Source of the DNA: the human T2T-CHM13v2.0 reference genome, Homo sapiens
DNA: 64,000 nucleotides
Assembly: GCF_009914755.1 (NCBI RefSeq)
Contig: NC_060927.1
Strand: one strand, 5' to 3'
Shown here: in pieces, positions 25,894 through 40,435 of the stretch
Layout of the letters: every line of letters starts with the position of its first letter
How positions within the stretch are numbered: the stretch's first letter is position 1
Position numbers and translations under genes: made by a program
The notes under the pieces: generated by a model
Seen by the model: only the letters and a program-made list of their open reading frames with translations
Database searches by the model: none
What the model was told of the DNA's origin: nothing

Positions 25894-27195
25894 TCAACCA
25901 ATTACTTTAATGACAGTGGGTGGTTACTGTATACCTTGTCTGTACCGTTTCTCTCAAAATTTGCATTTCCCTTTGGGAATCTTTTGCAGTTACATCCCAC
26001 TATCTACCTCTCAGCATTTAGAAAATAAATATTTTCTCTTCCAAATCACTATTGACAGCAAAATCTCAAAGTAAATCCATATGTGAATAGTCACTTTTAA
26101 AGAATAGGCAAGTTAAATACTCAGCAGGAATAAAAAGTACAACTCTGTCTTTCTCTTTCTGACACATTTTCTTCCCTGCTTTCCTCCTTCATCCTGTGAG
26201 ATGAGGGATGGCAGGGTTGCATAGGGGATACATTTGAGGTTTACATCAATCTCACACAGCAGGGTGAGAATGATCACACTATCCTAGTCCCCCACCAGGA
26301 CCTCTGGAGTAATGTCACATTTCCTTGCCACTGAAAATGCTACCTGATGTACATTACCTTGTCTCTATTTCAGGTTTTAATAACAAATTCAAACTGTCTT
26401 TTCAAACCATTTTCTTAAATGTCTTGACAGACTGGTACTAGTGTTACCATAGATAAATGCCTGCTTTATACCAAAGAGATATCAGAATAATTTCTCTTCA
26501 ATTTCCTCCTGCATTTTGCCTAATTATTTTGAAACATTTTACAGTATATTCCTTGGTCCCATTAAATTAAAATATCTCTTTCATTCTTTACCCATTGCTG
26601 CCCACCCACCAAATCATAGTTTCTACTCTTTGGGTTGTCATTTTGGAAATAACATCTTACTAACTACAACATTCATAGTTAAACCAAAGAAAACAGTTAT
26701 CATTTGTAACAGTGTTTTTTCTCCACTGTGGCATGTATCAAAGATCTTCTTTTTTGGTTTATTTTACATTGTCTCCAAACAAATAAATCTAAAGTTAAAA
26801 TACAAAGTATCCTTATCAGACCACCCCTTATCAGCCACTTCACAGCAAAGATGACTGTGTGCTGGGCCAGCAGCAGGCCATTAGCATGCACAGCCTTTTC
26901 TCTTTGATTTGTGCTGAAATGTAGGCTATCCAGTTCATACTAGCCTTCAGCCAAAGCCCTGTGGGAAGTAACTGCAAACCATAAACTTCCAGTCCTTTAC
27001 AGACATTTGTAATAGAAAAAGTATGCAAATAGAGCCACCAACATTACTAGGGAGTCTAACTTTTAAATGACTTAGTGTTATTGGACTTGATTTGTAAATG
27101 AAAAATTCAGATATGATGGCAAGGCTGTTTTTAACAACTCTCCTGATGTGGTTGAGGAGTTGATGTACTATTGGGGAATTATATACTTTATAACG

Positions 27196-27348
27196 TAATA
27201 AAAATGATTTTTTTTTTACCAACAACTTGATTTATGAAGAATGGTGCACACATCTGCTGAAATATCAAAGTAAACTTTGGTTACATTGGCGAGGAAGCTA
27301 AAAGGCTAATACCTCCAGGGCACATAAAAGCTTAGGCCTTCTTTTGGT
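27196..27348 (+). repeat. Left arm of ~150-bp inverted duplication
   Basis: Reverse complement of 28261-28409; manual alignment gives 51/52 and 57/68 identical blocks. Confidence 0.95.
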
Positions 27349-27389
27349 TTCTTTTCAGGGTGAAGATAAATGCCAGATTGAGTTACTTT

Positions 27390-28155
27390 GTTTTTTAATA
27401 CTTAAATCTAAGACTTTAATAACTTTTATATTGTAAGTTAAGGGGTACATGTGCAGGTTTCTTACACAGGTAAACATGTGTCATGGGGGTTTGTTGTACA
27501 GATTATTTCATCACCCAGGTATTAAGCCTAGTACTCATTAGTTACTTTTCCTGATCGTCTCCCTCCTCTCACACTCCGTGTTCTGACAACAGGCCCCAGT
27601 GTGTGTTGTTCCCCTCTATGTGTCCATGTGTTCTCATCATTTAGCTCCCACTTACAGGTGAAAACGTATAGTATTTGGTTTTCTGTTCCTACATTCGTTT
27701 GCTAAGGATAATGGCCTCCAGCTCCATCCTTATCCCTGCAAAGGACATGATCTTGTTCTCTTTTATGGCTGCATAGTATTCCATGTGTATATGTACCACA
27801 TTTTTTCTTTTTTCTTTTCTTTTTGAGATGGAGTTTCGCTCTGTCATCCAGACTGGAATGCAGTAGCACGATCTTGGCTCAGCTCACTGCAACCTCTGCC
27901 TCCTGGGCTCAAGCAATTCTTCTGCCTCAGCTTCCCAAGTAGCTGGAATTACAGGTATGCGCCACCACATCCAGCTAATTTTTGTAATTTTAGTAGAGAT
28001 GGGAGATTTCACCATGTTGGCCAGGATGGTCTCAGACTCCTGACCTCAAGTGATCCACCCACCTCGGCCTCCCAAAGCACTAGAATTACAGGTGTGAGCC
28101 ACCACACCCAGCCAGTACCACATTTTCTTTATCCAGTTTATCAATGATAGGCATT
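27390..28155 (-). mobile_element. L1PA (about PA11-13) 3' fragment containing an Alu
   Basis: ggggtacatgtgcaggttt...gggggtttgttgtacagattatttcatcacccaggta; TSD cagattgagttacttt 27374-27389 / cagattgagtaacttt 28156-28171. Confidence 0.9.
27800..28113 (-). mobile_element. AluS inserted in the L1PA
   Basis: Full reversed dimer; gtaccacatttt duplicated on both sides. Confidence 0.93.
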
Positions 28156-28169
28156 CAGATTGAGTAACT

Positions 28170-28476
28170 TTTATTCAACAATTTTTCACAAGTATATGCA
28201 GTGTGCCCATCATGCCAGCCACTGTCCTAGGTGCTGAGGACACAGCAGTGAATAAAACAGACCAACAGAAGGTCTAGGCTTTTATATGTCCTAGACATAT
28301 TAGCCTTTTAGTTTCTTCACCAATGTAAAGGAAATGTTTGATATTTCAGCAGATGTGTACACCATTCTTCATAAATCAAGTTGTTGGTTTAAAAAATCAT
28401 TTTTTATTAAATCATGAATGTAATGTCTGTGGCCATACAGACAAAAAACGCTGCCTTCATGGAGTCTATATTCTAA
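28170..28476 (-). mobile_element. L2 3' end interrupted by the inverted-duplicate insertion
   Basis: tgccagccactgtcctaggtgctgaggacacagcagtgaataaaacagac | insert | acagacaaaaaacgctgccttcatggagtctatattcta. Confidence 0.8.
28261..28409 (-). repeat. Right arm of ~150-bp inverted duplication
   Basis: Reverse complement of 27196-27348. Confidence 0.95.
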
Positions 28477-29264
28477 GCAACATACGCTGCTCATCTTCAC
28501 AGATCTGAGCCAAAAGAGGTTTCTTTTTATTTCTAAGGCATTAATATTAACTCAGGTCAAATTTTATTCATTTTTTACAAAGTATGGATTTTTAAAATGA
28601 ATCATCATTAGAAAATGTTTACCTAATGTCTAGGAAAAACATTATTGGTCTGAGGTTCTTTTAACTACCCATCTACTTCACAAAATGTTTTGCTGTGAAT
28701 TAAACTACACAGCCTACAGGAAAAGATAAAATCCAAGTATAAATAAAGTAAAGAACAGCACCTAACAAGCACCTCGTATTTTGTACTTTCCTATTTGATT
28801 TGATTATGTTTTCAATCTCTTCCCCCTGTTCACAGGAGAGGCCAACTAAAACCTAAAGTTTAGTACAACTTTCTGGAAATTCTGCAAAGTGGCAAACAAA
28901 CTGAGAAAATCGTATGCCTTAAAAACCCATCACTGATGTTCTTGATCAATAGTTGGCATAAATAAATCGTAGACATGTGGGCAAGACTGCTGGAGCCAGG
29001 CAAGGATTTTTCTTAATGTGGACAGTGATGTCACCGAGGCAGAGAGAAGGAAGGCATATTTACAATAAAAGGGAGTGATTATACAATACATTAAAACCAT
29101 AAATAAATACTCCATTAAGTTATAAAATTCTCTCTATATGTTCTTAGGAGGGCTTCCTGTCAGGCACTTAACTTAGAGAAAAGCAAGTAAAGCTCCATTT
29201 ATCATTCATTTAGCCAAAACTTGCTGAATCCTGCTCTATGCCCGCCATGACACATCATCATCAC

Positions 29265-29480
29265 TACTGTGTATTAAGAGTTTACTACATCCTATGCACT
29301 GTGCTCAGAGATTACATGCATCATCTCATTCCAGCAATGATCAACCCTATAAGCTGGGTGTTCTTTTTAATAATCATTATATAGATTAGGTAAACGATAC
29401 TCAGGTTGTGTTATTTATCTGTGGTCACATGGCAATTAAATAATCAGATGTCATATGAGGGTATGTAGTTCTAAGATATA
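29265..29480 (-). mobile_element. MIR
   Basis: tgcactgtgctcagagattacatgcatcatctcatt...tggtcacatggc. Confidence 0.55.
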
Positions 29481-29802
29481 AATTCATATTTATGTTACTA
29501 AATAAAGGCCTTCTCATGCAAAACAATCAACATCTAAATTCAGGGGAAATCCAGACCTATATTCTAAAAATATGGAGTTAATAGGTGTTTGGCTGACATA
29601 CTTTAAGATATTCTCTACCCCATGCACCAAAATCATGACTAGTCACTTGAATTAATAGATATCTACACACTTCAACAACAGCTACCTAGAATAATGTATC
29701 ATGGTAATTTACATTTTTTAAAATTAAGATACAGTATGATTGTATAAACATATGTAAACTTTCATATAGTCATATTATATAAAAAGATTCTATATAATTA
29801 CA

Positions 29803-30387
29803 TGAGGCAGGATAAGTAGTCAAGGAAGTAATCATGTCCTTGGGATATGGCAACTGTGGCAACCGTACAGTCAAAACAATAAGCCCCAGCATTTGCACCG
29901 TAGTCCAGCTCACTCAAGCAAAGCTATCTCCAGTAGGGAACTTCCCCTGGAGGGAGCATGCACATGTGATTTCACCTGTCCTCAGACTGACCCTGTGCTG
30001 ATGATAATAGTGAAAAACACACCGATGGGTGGAGATTTAAGATGCTAATGAGACATGTGGCACATGGACAAGCATGTACAGCTACTGCACATGTGCGTCC
30101 AGACGACCACCCAGAACATGCTTACTAGTAACACTGCTTTCCACCTCCTTATGAATAATCATGTAAAACTCCCAAAAACTCCCTATTGCCAGTCTTTGCT
30201 GTCTCATCCTTACAAGCAGCCCACCCTGAATTCTCTGTCTCTCAGGGTGTACTGTCTATTCCGCACTTAACTTTCAAAATATGCTTTTCTTTTGCAGTAA
30301 ATGACTCTGTGCTGCATATCCTTTGCTGTGTCTTGTTTAATTTCTTTTAAACTAAGAAGAACTGAGGTCTCACAACAGCCTTCAAAA
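29803..30387 (+). mobile_element. ERV1-class solo LTR (MER4 group, possibly MER66)
   Basis: Begins tgaggcaggataagtagtcaaggaag; internal gatgctaatgagac and gaataatcatgtaaaactccc; agtaaa polyA-like signal; flanked by attaca (29797-29802, 30388-30393); family name uncertain. Confidence 0.8.
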
Positions 30388-32224
30388 ATTACACACTGTT
30401 AACTTAAATAACAACTTGACAGTTCAAATTTAAAGAGAACTATTCCTGTTTAATAATCAATCCCCTTTTTACTAAGACAATGGGAAAATAACATTCATGC
30501 TGATCACCAACTAACCACATTGTTGGGTTAAATCAAACCTCTGCAATTCCTTTGAGAACATAATGATGTCCGTGGTACCCAGAACACCAAAATTGCCTAG
30601 ACTACCTTCTAGAACACTGTACAATCTAGTTCCATCACCTCAGCTGTATGTTTACCAGGAAAATATCAATTCCCAAACCCATCATACTTTTAGTGTATTT
30701 ACATGATTTAAGAATATAAGAGACTGATGAAATATGCGGAAGAAAATAGAGCCATTGCTTCCATTACTTTTTTCGAAAGATGAGATAAATCGAATTGGTG
30801 AGAGTGATTGGCTTTATATTAGATGGAGAAATCTTTACAAGGTGAGAAAGATGATTACAAAAGCCCAGAAGAACTGTGCCTTAGACTGCTTTGCAGGCAT
30901 CCAAGTTTTTACTCCACTTTGAAGGAATCATCACTGGTGCACAGTGGGTAACATTTATTTGAGAAAGTAGAGGTGAGACTCCAACCAGTCAATTCATATT
31001 TAAGGAGGTCTAGAACCAAGAATTACCAAACAGATGCACATTATAATGTCCTAAAAACATTTAAATAGCATTTTTATTTCTTGGTAAAGCAACATTTTTT
31101 GCTCTAGCCAAGAGTTTCAATCAACTGACAAACTAGAAGTCCTAACTGATTTGAATAAAGGGCTTCTACTGTGCTCTGTGCAAAGCCTTGGGTAGCTAGA
31201 GGCAAGATTCTCTAGCAACACAAGCTCTACCCACCCCGGTTACCCACTTCAGAACCCTGCTTTTAGTTTTGGGTACGGCCTCGAAGGATTACAGGTGATC
31301 AGATGGATGACATCCTGAGTCATCAGTCAGTGATTCCTGGTCTCAGTCAGTGATTCCTCCAGGCACATCTCCCTTCTGATACTCCTAAATACCAGAACAG
31401 CAGCCTGGGAAAAGAGCAAGTAACACTCACTTCTCTCTGGGCATCATGTGTCTCCCAACCCTTGAGTGTCAAGAATCACTCTTTTCTAAACTCCCAGGCT
31501 CCTCAAAGAGCAGAAGTGCAGGCATATATCATTTTAGAACGGAAGGAATATTCCAGACTTGCTGCTCAAGAAACAAAAGATGCAAGTGTCTTTGGGCTTG
31601 TTCAAAAGTACACCCCTTCTTTCTTTGTGCTGTGGGCAAGAGATGCACATGCCAGTCTAAATGAACCACTGCTGTGTTTATGTTCATGCTGCGTTCCATC
31701 ATGTTTCCAATCCTTTACTCTTTCTCACCATTTACTGAGGTACTCTCACCCCTACTTCACATCGACAGCCCCACAGCTGGTCATCCTCAGTCACAGTCTT
31801 GCCAGTTCTAAGCCAACCTAGCCCCCAGAGTCTCATTTTATATGCACAACAGAGGTAGGCGCATTGTCCATTAGCAAGTCAAAGACTTCTTAAATCACTG
31901 AATGGTTCCTAGGCTTCTTGGAATGATTTCAGGAACAACTTGCTGCCCTTGGTCCACTTCTCTTCCCTATCCAAATTTCAAACAAGTAACTGGTATCTTC
32001 CCAGTCATCAGTTCCCAAGACTAGACTTTTCTCCCAATCAGGGAAATTGGGCTTGTTACATTTCCATGACATGTCATTCTGAGTGCCCTGTTACCCGTCT
32101 CTATCTGGAAGATGGTATATAAATGAAATCATTTACACAGTGCCATTCTAATTTTGAAAGGAATTGTAGGCATGTCAAATAGGGCTCATACCAAATAATA
32201 ACATTCTAAATAATAAGAGAGGCC

Positions 32225-32400
32225 ACCAATTGAGGTATAATATGTACCAGGTCCTACGCCTGTAACTTTACCTGCACTATCATTTAATTCGCTCAGCAAT
32301 CCTATAAAGTACTATTGATATCTTACCATGAGGAACCTCAGCGTTAAAAACTTGCCCAAAGTCACAGGTCATGTAAACTCATTTATGTCAAATTTCCAAT
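32225..32400 (-). mobile_element. MIR
   Basis: tatgtaccagg...tcatttaattcgctcagcaatcctata...atgaggaacctcagcgttaaaaacttgcccaaagtcaca. Confidence 0.7.
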
Positions 32401-33456
32401 CCAAACTATATAACCCAAAGACTCCCCAAAGGTAACCAAACAGATAAAATTTATATAAATCCAAAGTTTTTTTCTTGCCTGTCTTTCTGCAATATTCAGT
32501 GGGGCAATAAATCTCTGGAATCTGTCATTTCAGTATATTTTTAATAAAGTAGACTCTTTCACACACTCTCCTGGAACCTCTCTCCAGTTGCTCAGCTTGG
32601 AGGAACTCAACCAAAGTGCAAATAACATAGGGCAATAAGTGATACTTAGAATTTAAGATGCTTTGGGTTTTATGTTGGCATACGATTCTGATACTCTACC
32701 AAATTACAACCCAGCAAGAGAAATGTATTATGAACTTGTGTGATATAATAACAAGTTAAAAAGAGTCATCCTTTCTTGGAAATCAGCATGTTCACCCCTT
32801 TTGTTTTTGCTTTTGTTCTTAGAACTTGCTGCTGTACCTCTTGCAAAGTCCCATAAGGTAGAACCAGGTGATATCACTATCTTTACCTGATACAGGAGAC
32901 AGAAAAGAATTTAAAAAAAAGGCCATTTTACACAGAAGGGACCTAATTCTGAATGATTCACCAATATTCGATGAATCACTGATGAGCTATACCTTTGCCC
33001 TCTTCAGATTCCTTCTTGGCTGTACTACCAGTAAGTTTGACCATGTCAATGCAGGGAGTTTACTCACATAACTGTACAAGTTTCTAAAAATGTCTAGCAA
33101 TAAATATATTATTCTTGGAAGTTATGTTCTCGGGAAAAAGAGGTGTCTCCACTTACTTAACAATGAAGTAGCTCACTGAATCATTTAAATAGTGGGCTGA
33201 AGAAAACAACAAAATCTTTAAAAAACAATTTATCATCTCAAACTTCTCCTTGAACAACTGTTTCTTTTTTATTTACCTTAGAGAATAGGCAAAGGAAAAT
33301 AAAATCACTTAACACATAGAGAACTCAAGATAGAGACACACCTTTAGAAAGAGTCACATACAAACTGGTTAGTAAATTAGGCTATTGTCTTATAAAAGTT
33401 GTTGTAAATCTTAGGCCAATACATTCTTGAAGAATTGATATTTGATGCATCTGTAG

Positions 33457-33553
33457 GTATTTATATATATATATATATTTGTATTTATATATATATTTAT
33501 ATATATATATTTATATATATATAAATATATATATACACACACATATATGTATA

Positions 33554-33588
<35 letters not shown>
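33457..33588. repeat. Compound (TA)n/(CA)n/(TG)n microsatellite
   Basis: Directly visible. Confidence 0.95.
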
Positions 33589-33613
33589 CAGGTCATTTTT
33601 CCTCCCGCTCATT

Positions 33614-33932
33614 CTTTTTTTAGTTGTGTTTTTTTTTTTTTAATTTTAAGAGACAAGGACTCGCTCTGTCACCCAGGCTGGAGTACAGTGGCATGACCAT
33701 GGCTCACTGCAGCCTCAAACTCCTGGGCTCAAGTAATCCTCCTGCCTTAGTCTTTCATATACCTGGGACTACAGGTGCATGCTACCATGCCTGACTAATT
33801 TTTTTAACTTATTGTAGAAATGGGATCTCACTGTGTTCCCTGTGATGGTCTTGAACTTCTGGGCTCAAGCGATCCTCCTGCCTCAGCCTCCCAAAGCACT
33901 GGGATTGCAGGCATAAGCCACCATGCCCAGCC
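33614..33932 (-). mobile_element. AluJo-like
   Basis: ccatggctcactgcagcctcaaactcctgggctcaagtaatcc J diagnostics. Confidence 0.92.
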
Positions 33933-34115
33933 CTGGTCACTCTGAAAGGAATGTCATTCTCTTTTTTGAAAAGAGATGTGATTTCATTATAATGCCTAAT
34001 TGTTTTGCCACATACCTAAGGTTCCTGATTCATCCTCCTAAGTGACAAAGACTTTTTACATAGAATCAAAAGAACTTCTGGTGGTGGGAAGATGGTCTAT
34101 AGAAAAGAAAAACTC

Positions 34116-36642
<2,527 letters not shown>

Positions 36643-36879
36643 AGAAAAGAAAAACTCTGACTCCATTGTCTTGAAACTTTGTTTTTGCCATCTAATTCCT
36701 TAGGCACAATTTTCTGGCTGAGGAGAAACTGCCCAAAGACCCTAGTTCCGTTAGATTGAAAAGCGATGAAAGGAACAGTGCAATGTTTTCTTGATGGGGC
36801 ACTATGGCCTCACCACAGATGTGGCTTAGTTACCTGAGCCCTACCTGGTAACTCCATGTGGATTACCATAAGTACTCTA

Positions 36880-37063
36880 AAATATGGTAATCAAATACTA
36901 ATGCACGTAAGTATTGCTTGGAAAACAGAGTAAGACAGTTTCCCAGGCCCTATCTCCAGAGATTCTGATTCACTAGGTCTGGGTGGGGCTCATGAATTTG
37001 CATTTCAAATAAACTCACAGATGATGCCAAATGCTAGCCTGAGGACCACATTTTGAGAATCAC
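36880..37063. mobile_element. MER5A
   Basis: ccagagattctgattcactaggtctgggtggggc...aatttgcatttc...gaggaccacattttgagaatcact. Confidence 0.85.
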
Positions 37064-38351
37064 TCTAGAGGACTGGGATTCCAAAGCACTCAGGGTAACT
37101 TGTATCACAGACTGTATCTAAAATGTTGTTCTTGGATTATAGTGGTCTGTAGCTTTAAGAAGCAATTATGATACGTTTCTTACCAAAGGTCATCAAAGAA
37201 AGCACACTGCTGTGATGGCAAGCTATCCACTTTTATAAAAAGAAGAAGAAGAAGAAAAAAAAAAGAAACAAAGTAATGGCTCTTCTCTTGGAACTGAGAG
37301 AAAGCTGACTCTGGTTTACGAAGGCCTATCTCATTCCTGATCGTTTATCATTTGAGAGAGGTGTGAACAGTCTATGTCAAAAATGCTCATTCAACATTCC
37401 CAGGAAGCCACTCACAGGGCTGAATGTAATTTTACTTAAGCCTGTCTGAACTTGCTTTTCTTATTTTTCCCCCTGTAGACACACGATTTTCTTTCTTTGT
37501 AAGAAAGAATTCAAAGACAAAGACACAGATGTGATTTCACCAAACTAGCAAACTTTAAAGCAAAAAAAAAAAAATCATCCATTTCTGTTTATAGCAAGAC
37601 TCCCTGTTATCCCTCTACTCATCTTCCTATGCAGAGAGAAAATGTGAAACTGTAATAGCCACTCTTCAAGACTGATTAAATAAAAATCATTCAAAAGCCT
37701 GTGTTGATAACATATTCCTATCTTTTGTGTGCAAATCCATATTGTGTTTCTTGGAAGACCTAATATCCTAGAAAAAATAGACCTGCTTCTTACTGAAAAG
37801 CAGCAGTTGGAAACTGAAATGCCTACAGTACAAGTAGTAACAAAATTAATGGACCAAGCCAGGAGTGAAGCAAGGGAGGGTAGGAGGGACAATGGAGTTC
37901 TTGAGAGTCCTGGCATTACTGGGAGAACTGCAACTAATTAGCTTCAGAAAAAAATCCAATTCTGATAATGCCAATTGGGGCATCATTGAGATTCTTTCCA
38001 TTTTTTGTTTGTTTCTCTTGGTCCTCTTTCTTGATGTGTCTGAGGATTTTAAGTAGAATTACAGAAGCTGTGAATGCAGAATTATAGAGACTCTGCATGA
38101 TGGTATCTCCCACCAAAGAAGGTTCATCCTACTCTCTGGCAGCCAGTCTGAAATGGGGCGTTACTTTCATCCAATTTGGAATTGAGTTGACTCAAAGCTG
38201 GTTAGTGTTTTGAAAGATGTGGTCCACCTCTGGTTTACACACACTCCATAGGTGTGGTTTAAGGCCTGTGGGGTACACTAGTACACCTGTCATTCGTGGA
38301 TGTGCAACTCTACTTATTTTAACCTCAGCCCTAGGAGACTATCAAAAACAC

Positions 38352-38630
38352 ACACAGTGGCTCACACCTGTGATCCCAACACTTTGCACCAAGGTAGGAA
38401 AATGGCTTGAAGCCAGGAGTTCAAGACCAGTCTGGTCAACATAGCAAGACCCTGTCTCCACAAAATACTTAAAATATTAGCCAGGTATGCTCATGCACAC
38501 TTATAGTACAAGCTATTCAGGAGGCTGAGGTGGGAGGACTGCTTGAGCCCAGGAGTTTGAGGTTGCAGTGAGCTATGATCATTCTACTGCAATCCAGCCT
38601 GGGCAGCAGAGCAAGACCCTATCTCATTAA

Positions 38631-38678
<48 letters not shown>
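38352..38678 (+). mobile_element. AluJo-like with (AAT)n tail
   Basis: gcttgagcccaggagtttgaggttgcagtgagctatgatc; tail (taa)n 38629-38676. Confidence 0.9.
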
Positions 38679-38680
<2 letters not shown>

Positions 38681-40214
38681 GCCTTCAGGTATAAATCTAC
38701 CCAAGGCACCCATCTTCTCTCTTAGGTCTTGGTTCCTCTGAATCCTGGCTGCTTTGGCAGACCCAAACTTCTATGCTTGTCTCTTCAGCCTTATGAGATC
38801 ACCAAAAATTATGTTGCCCACAAGGTATGATTTTCTAGCTGCCTGTTTTCTCAACTGCTCCTTGAGCCAAAACCCAGCAAATTCCCTGAAGGGAAAAGCA
38901 GCCTGTGGACTCCCGGCTCAGCACTCTATAGTTCCCTGATTTCTGGGTCTCTTGGTTGTCTTGGCAGTTCTTTGTTATCTTCAAATTAGGTTTACATGTG
39001 GCTTTTCTATTGTTTTCAAAGAAACATCAGTTTGTCACAAGCCACTCTAATTTAGCCAAAAGCAGAAGTCCTCAGGTTAATTTAATAGAGTAATAATATA
39101 ATTACTTCCCCAAGAAATAATGTTTTTATTCTGAATATGAGGTTAAATTCAAATTTAAACTTAATCCATATGTTACATAGGAATTATTTTGTTAAGAATT
39201 AGCTTCAAATATGATAATACACATATTCTATTCCAAACAACATGACAACTCATTCTTAGTTCAATGATCTCTTTTAAGACAGATATATCAAGCAATTTTT
39301 GTAATCTGTCAGCAGGCCTCAAAGAAACTTCAAATAACCATAAATCAGTGTTATCATTTGGAGTACTTGAGATGCTCTAGATAAATATTTGATGGTAGAT
39401 GGACACTAGGCAGAGGAATAGTTTCATCTAATACAATAATAAAAAAAATCACAAGACACCCACTAGTAAGTTTATCAGGGAGCAAGATGGAGAATGTTGC
39501 TGACAGAATACCACTCCTGCAGCTGCCAGTAATAATTCACCCTTGAAGCAAAGAGATGGAGATTTAAATGGGGACACTATCCAACTTAAGCCTTTCTGTA
39601 GAATATAGTGTCCTAGATGAAGACGTATGTAGTAAAGATGGGGGAAATGACCAAATTATTCGATTACCATGTGTTACCTCCAACTGGGACTTCCAATATT
39701 CCTGAAAATTCACCTGCAGAAGAAAGTAAAAGAGAAACAACAAATTCTCACCATGAAATGATTTTGAATGCTATTTCAGAATATTACCCTGTTAGATCAT
39801 CTCATCAATGAATTCAGGGGCCCTCTATTATGTAGGTAGCTCAAGAACGTAGCAGAAGCCTTGGAAGGGACTGTCCATGGTGGATACTGACCTCAATTGC
39901 TCTCGGATTATAACGGACTATAGCAGTGGATCTCTTGAGAGGGCTTTAGTCTCTTCCTTAACATGCTTTTATCCCAGGGTGGGATTACTAAGATCAAATG
40001 CCCAGGCATTCAAATGATGGAGATGTAGAATGGTATCAAGTTTGGCACACATCCTAACCAATTAATTGGTTTTCATAATTATCAAGTGTTAAGATGGAGT
40101 CAAAAAAAATCACACAAAAAAACTTAGGTCTAAAAGCAAACAAAAAATAATTTTAGCTATGTGTGCAGTATCAAGTGGTATCAACTGATGTCCAAAAAAT
40201 AAAAAGAAGAGCAT

Positions 40215-40435
40215 TTTCTGTATGTGGTAGGCACTGTGCCAAGGATATTACATAAAATCTGCTCATCTTCACAGTAACTCTGAATTAAATACCGTCATAA
40301 TCCTCATTCTTACGGATAAGGAAAATGAAGCAGAGAGTGGGTAAGTAATTTAGTCAAGGTAGTAAGCAGAGAGAGACAACCTGAACTAGCTCTCTGGATG
40401 CAACATTGAAAGCTCTTAACCGCATTGCTTTACTG
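40215..40435 (-). mobile_element. MIR
   Basis: aggcactgtgccaagg...ggataaggaaaatgaagcagagagtgggtaagtaatt. Confidence 0.7.

Noticed and set aside
37980-39075. Possible very old L1 5' region around the AluJo
   Set aside because: Only a vague terminal resemblance (gcagaagtcctc); not alignable by eye.
39678-39713. VNFQEYW resembles an S100 EF-hand segment
   Set aside because: No flanking EF-hand loop residues; too short to be meaningful.
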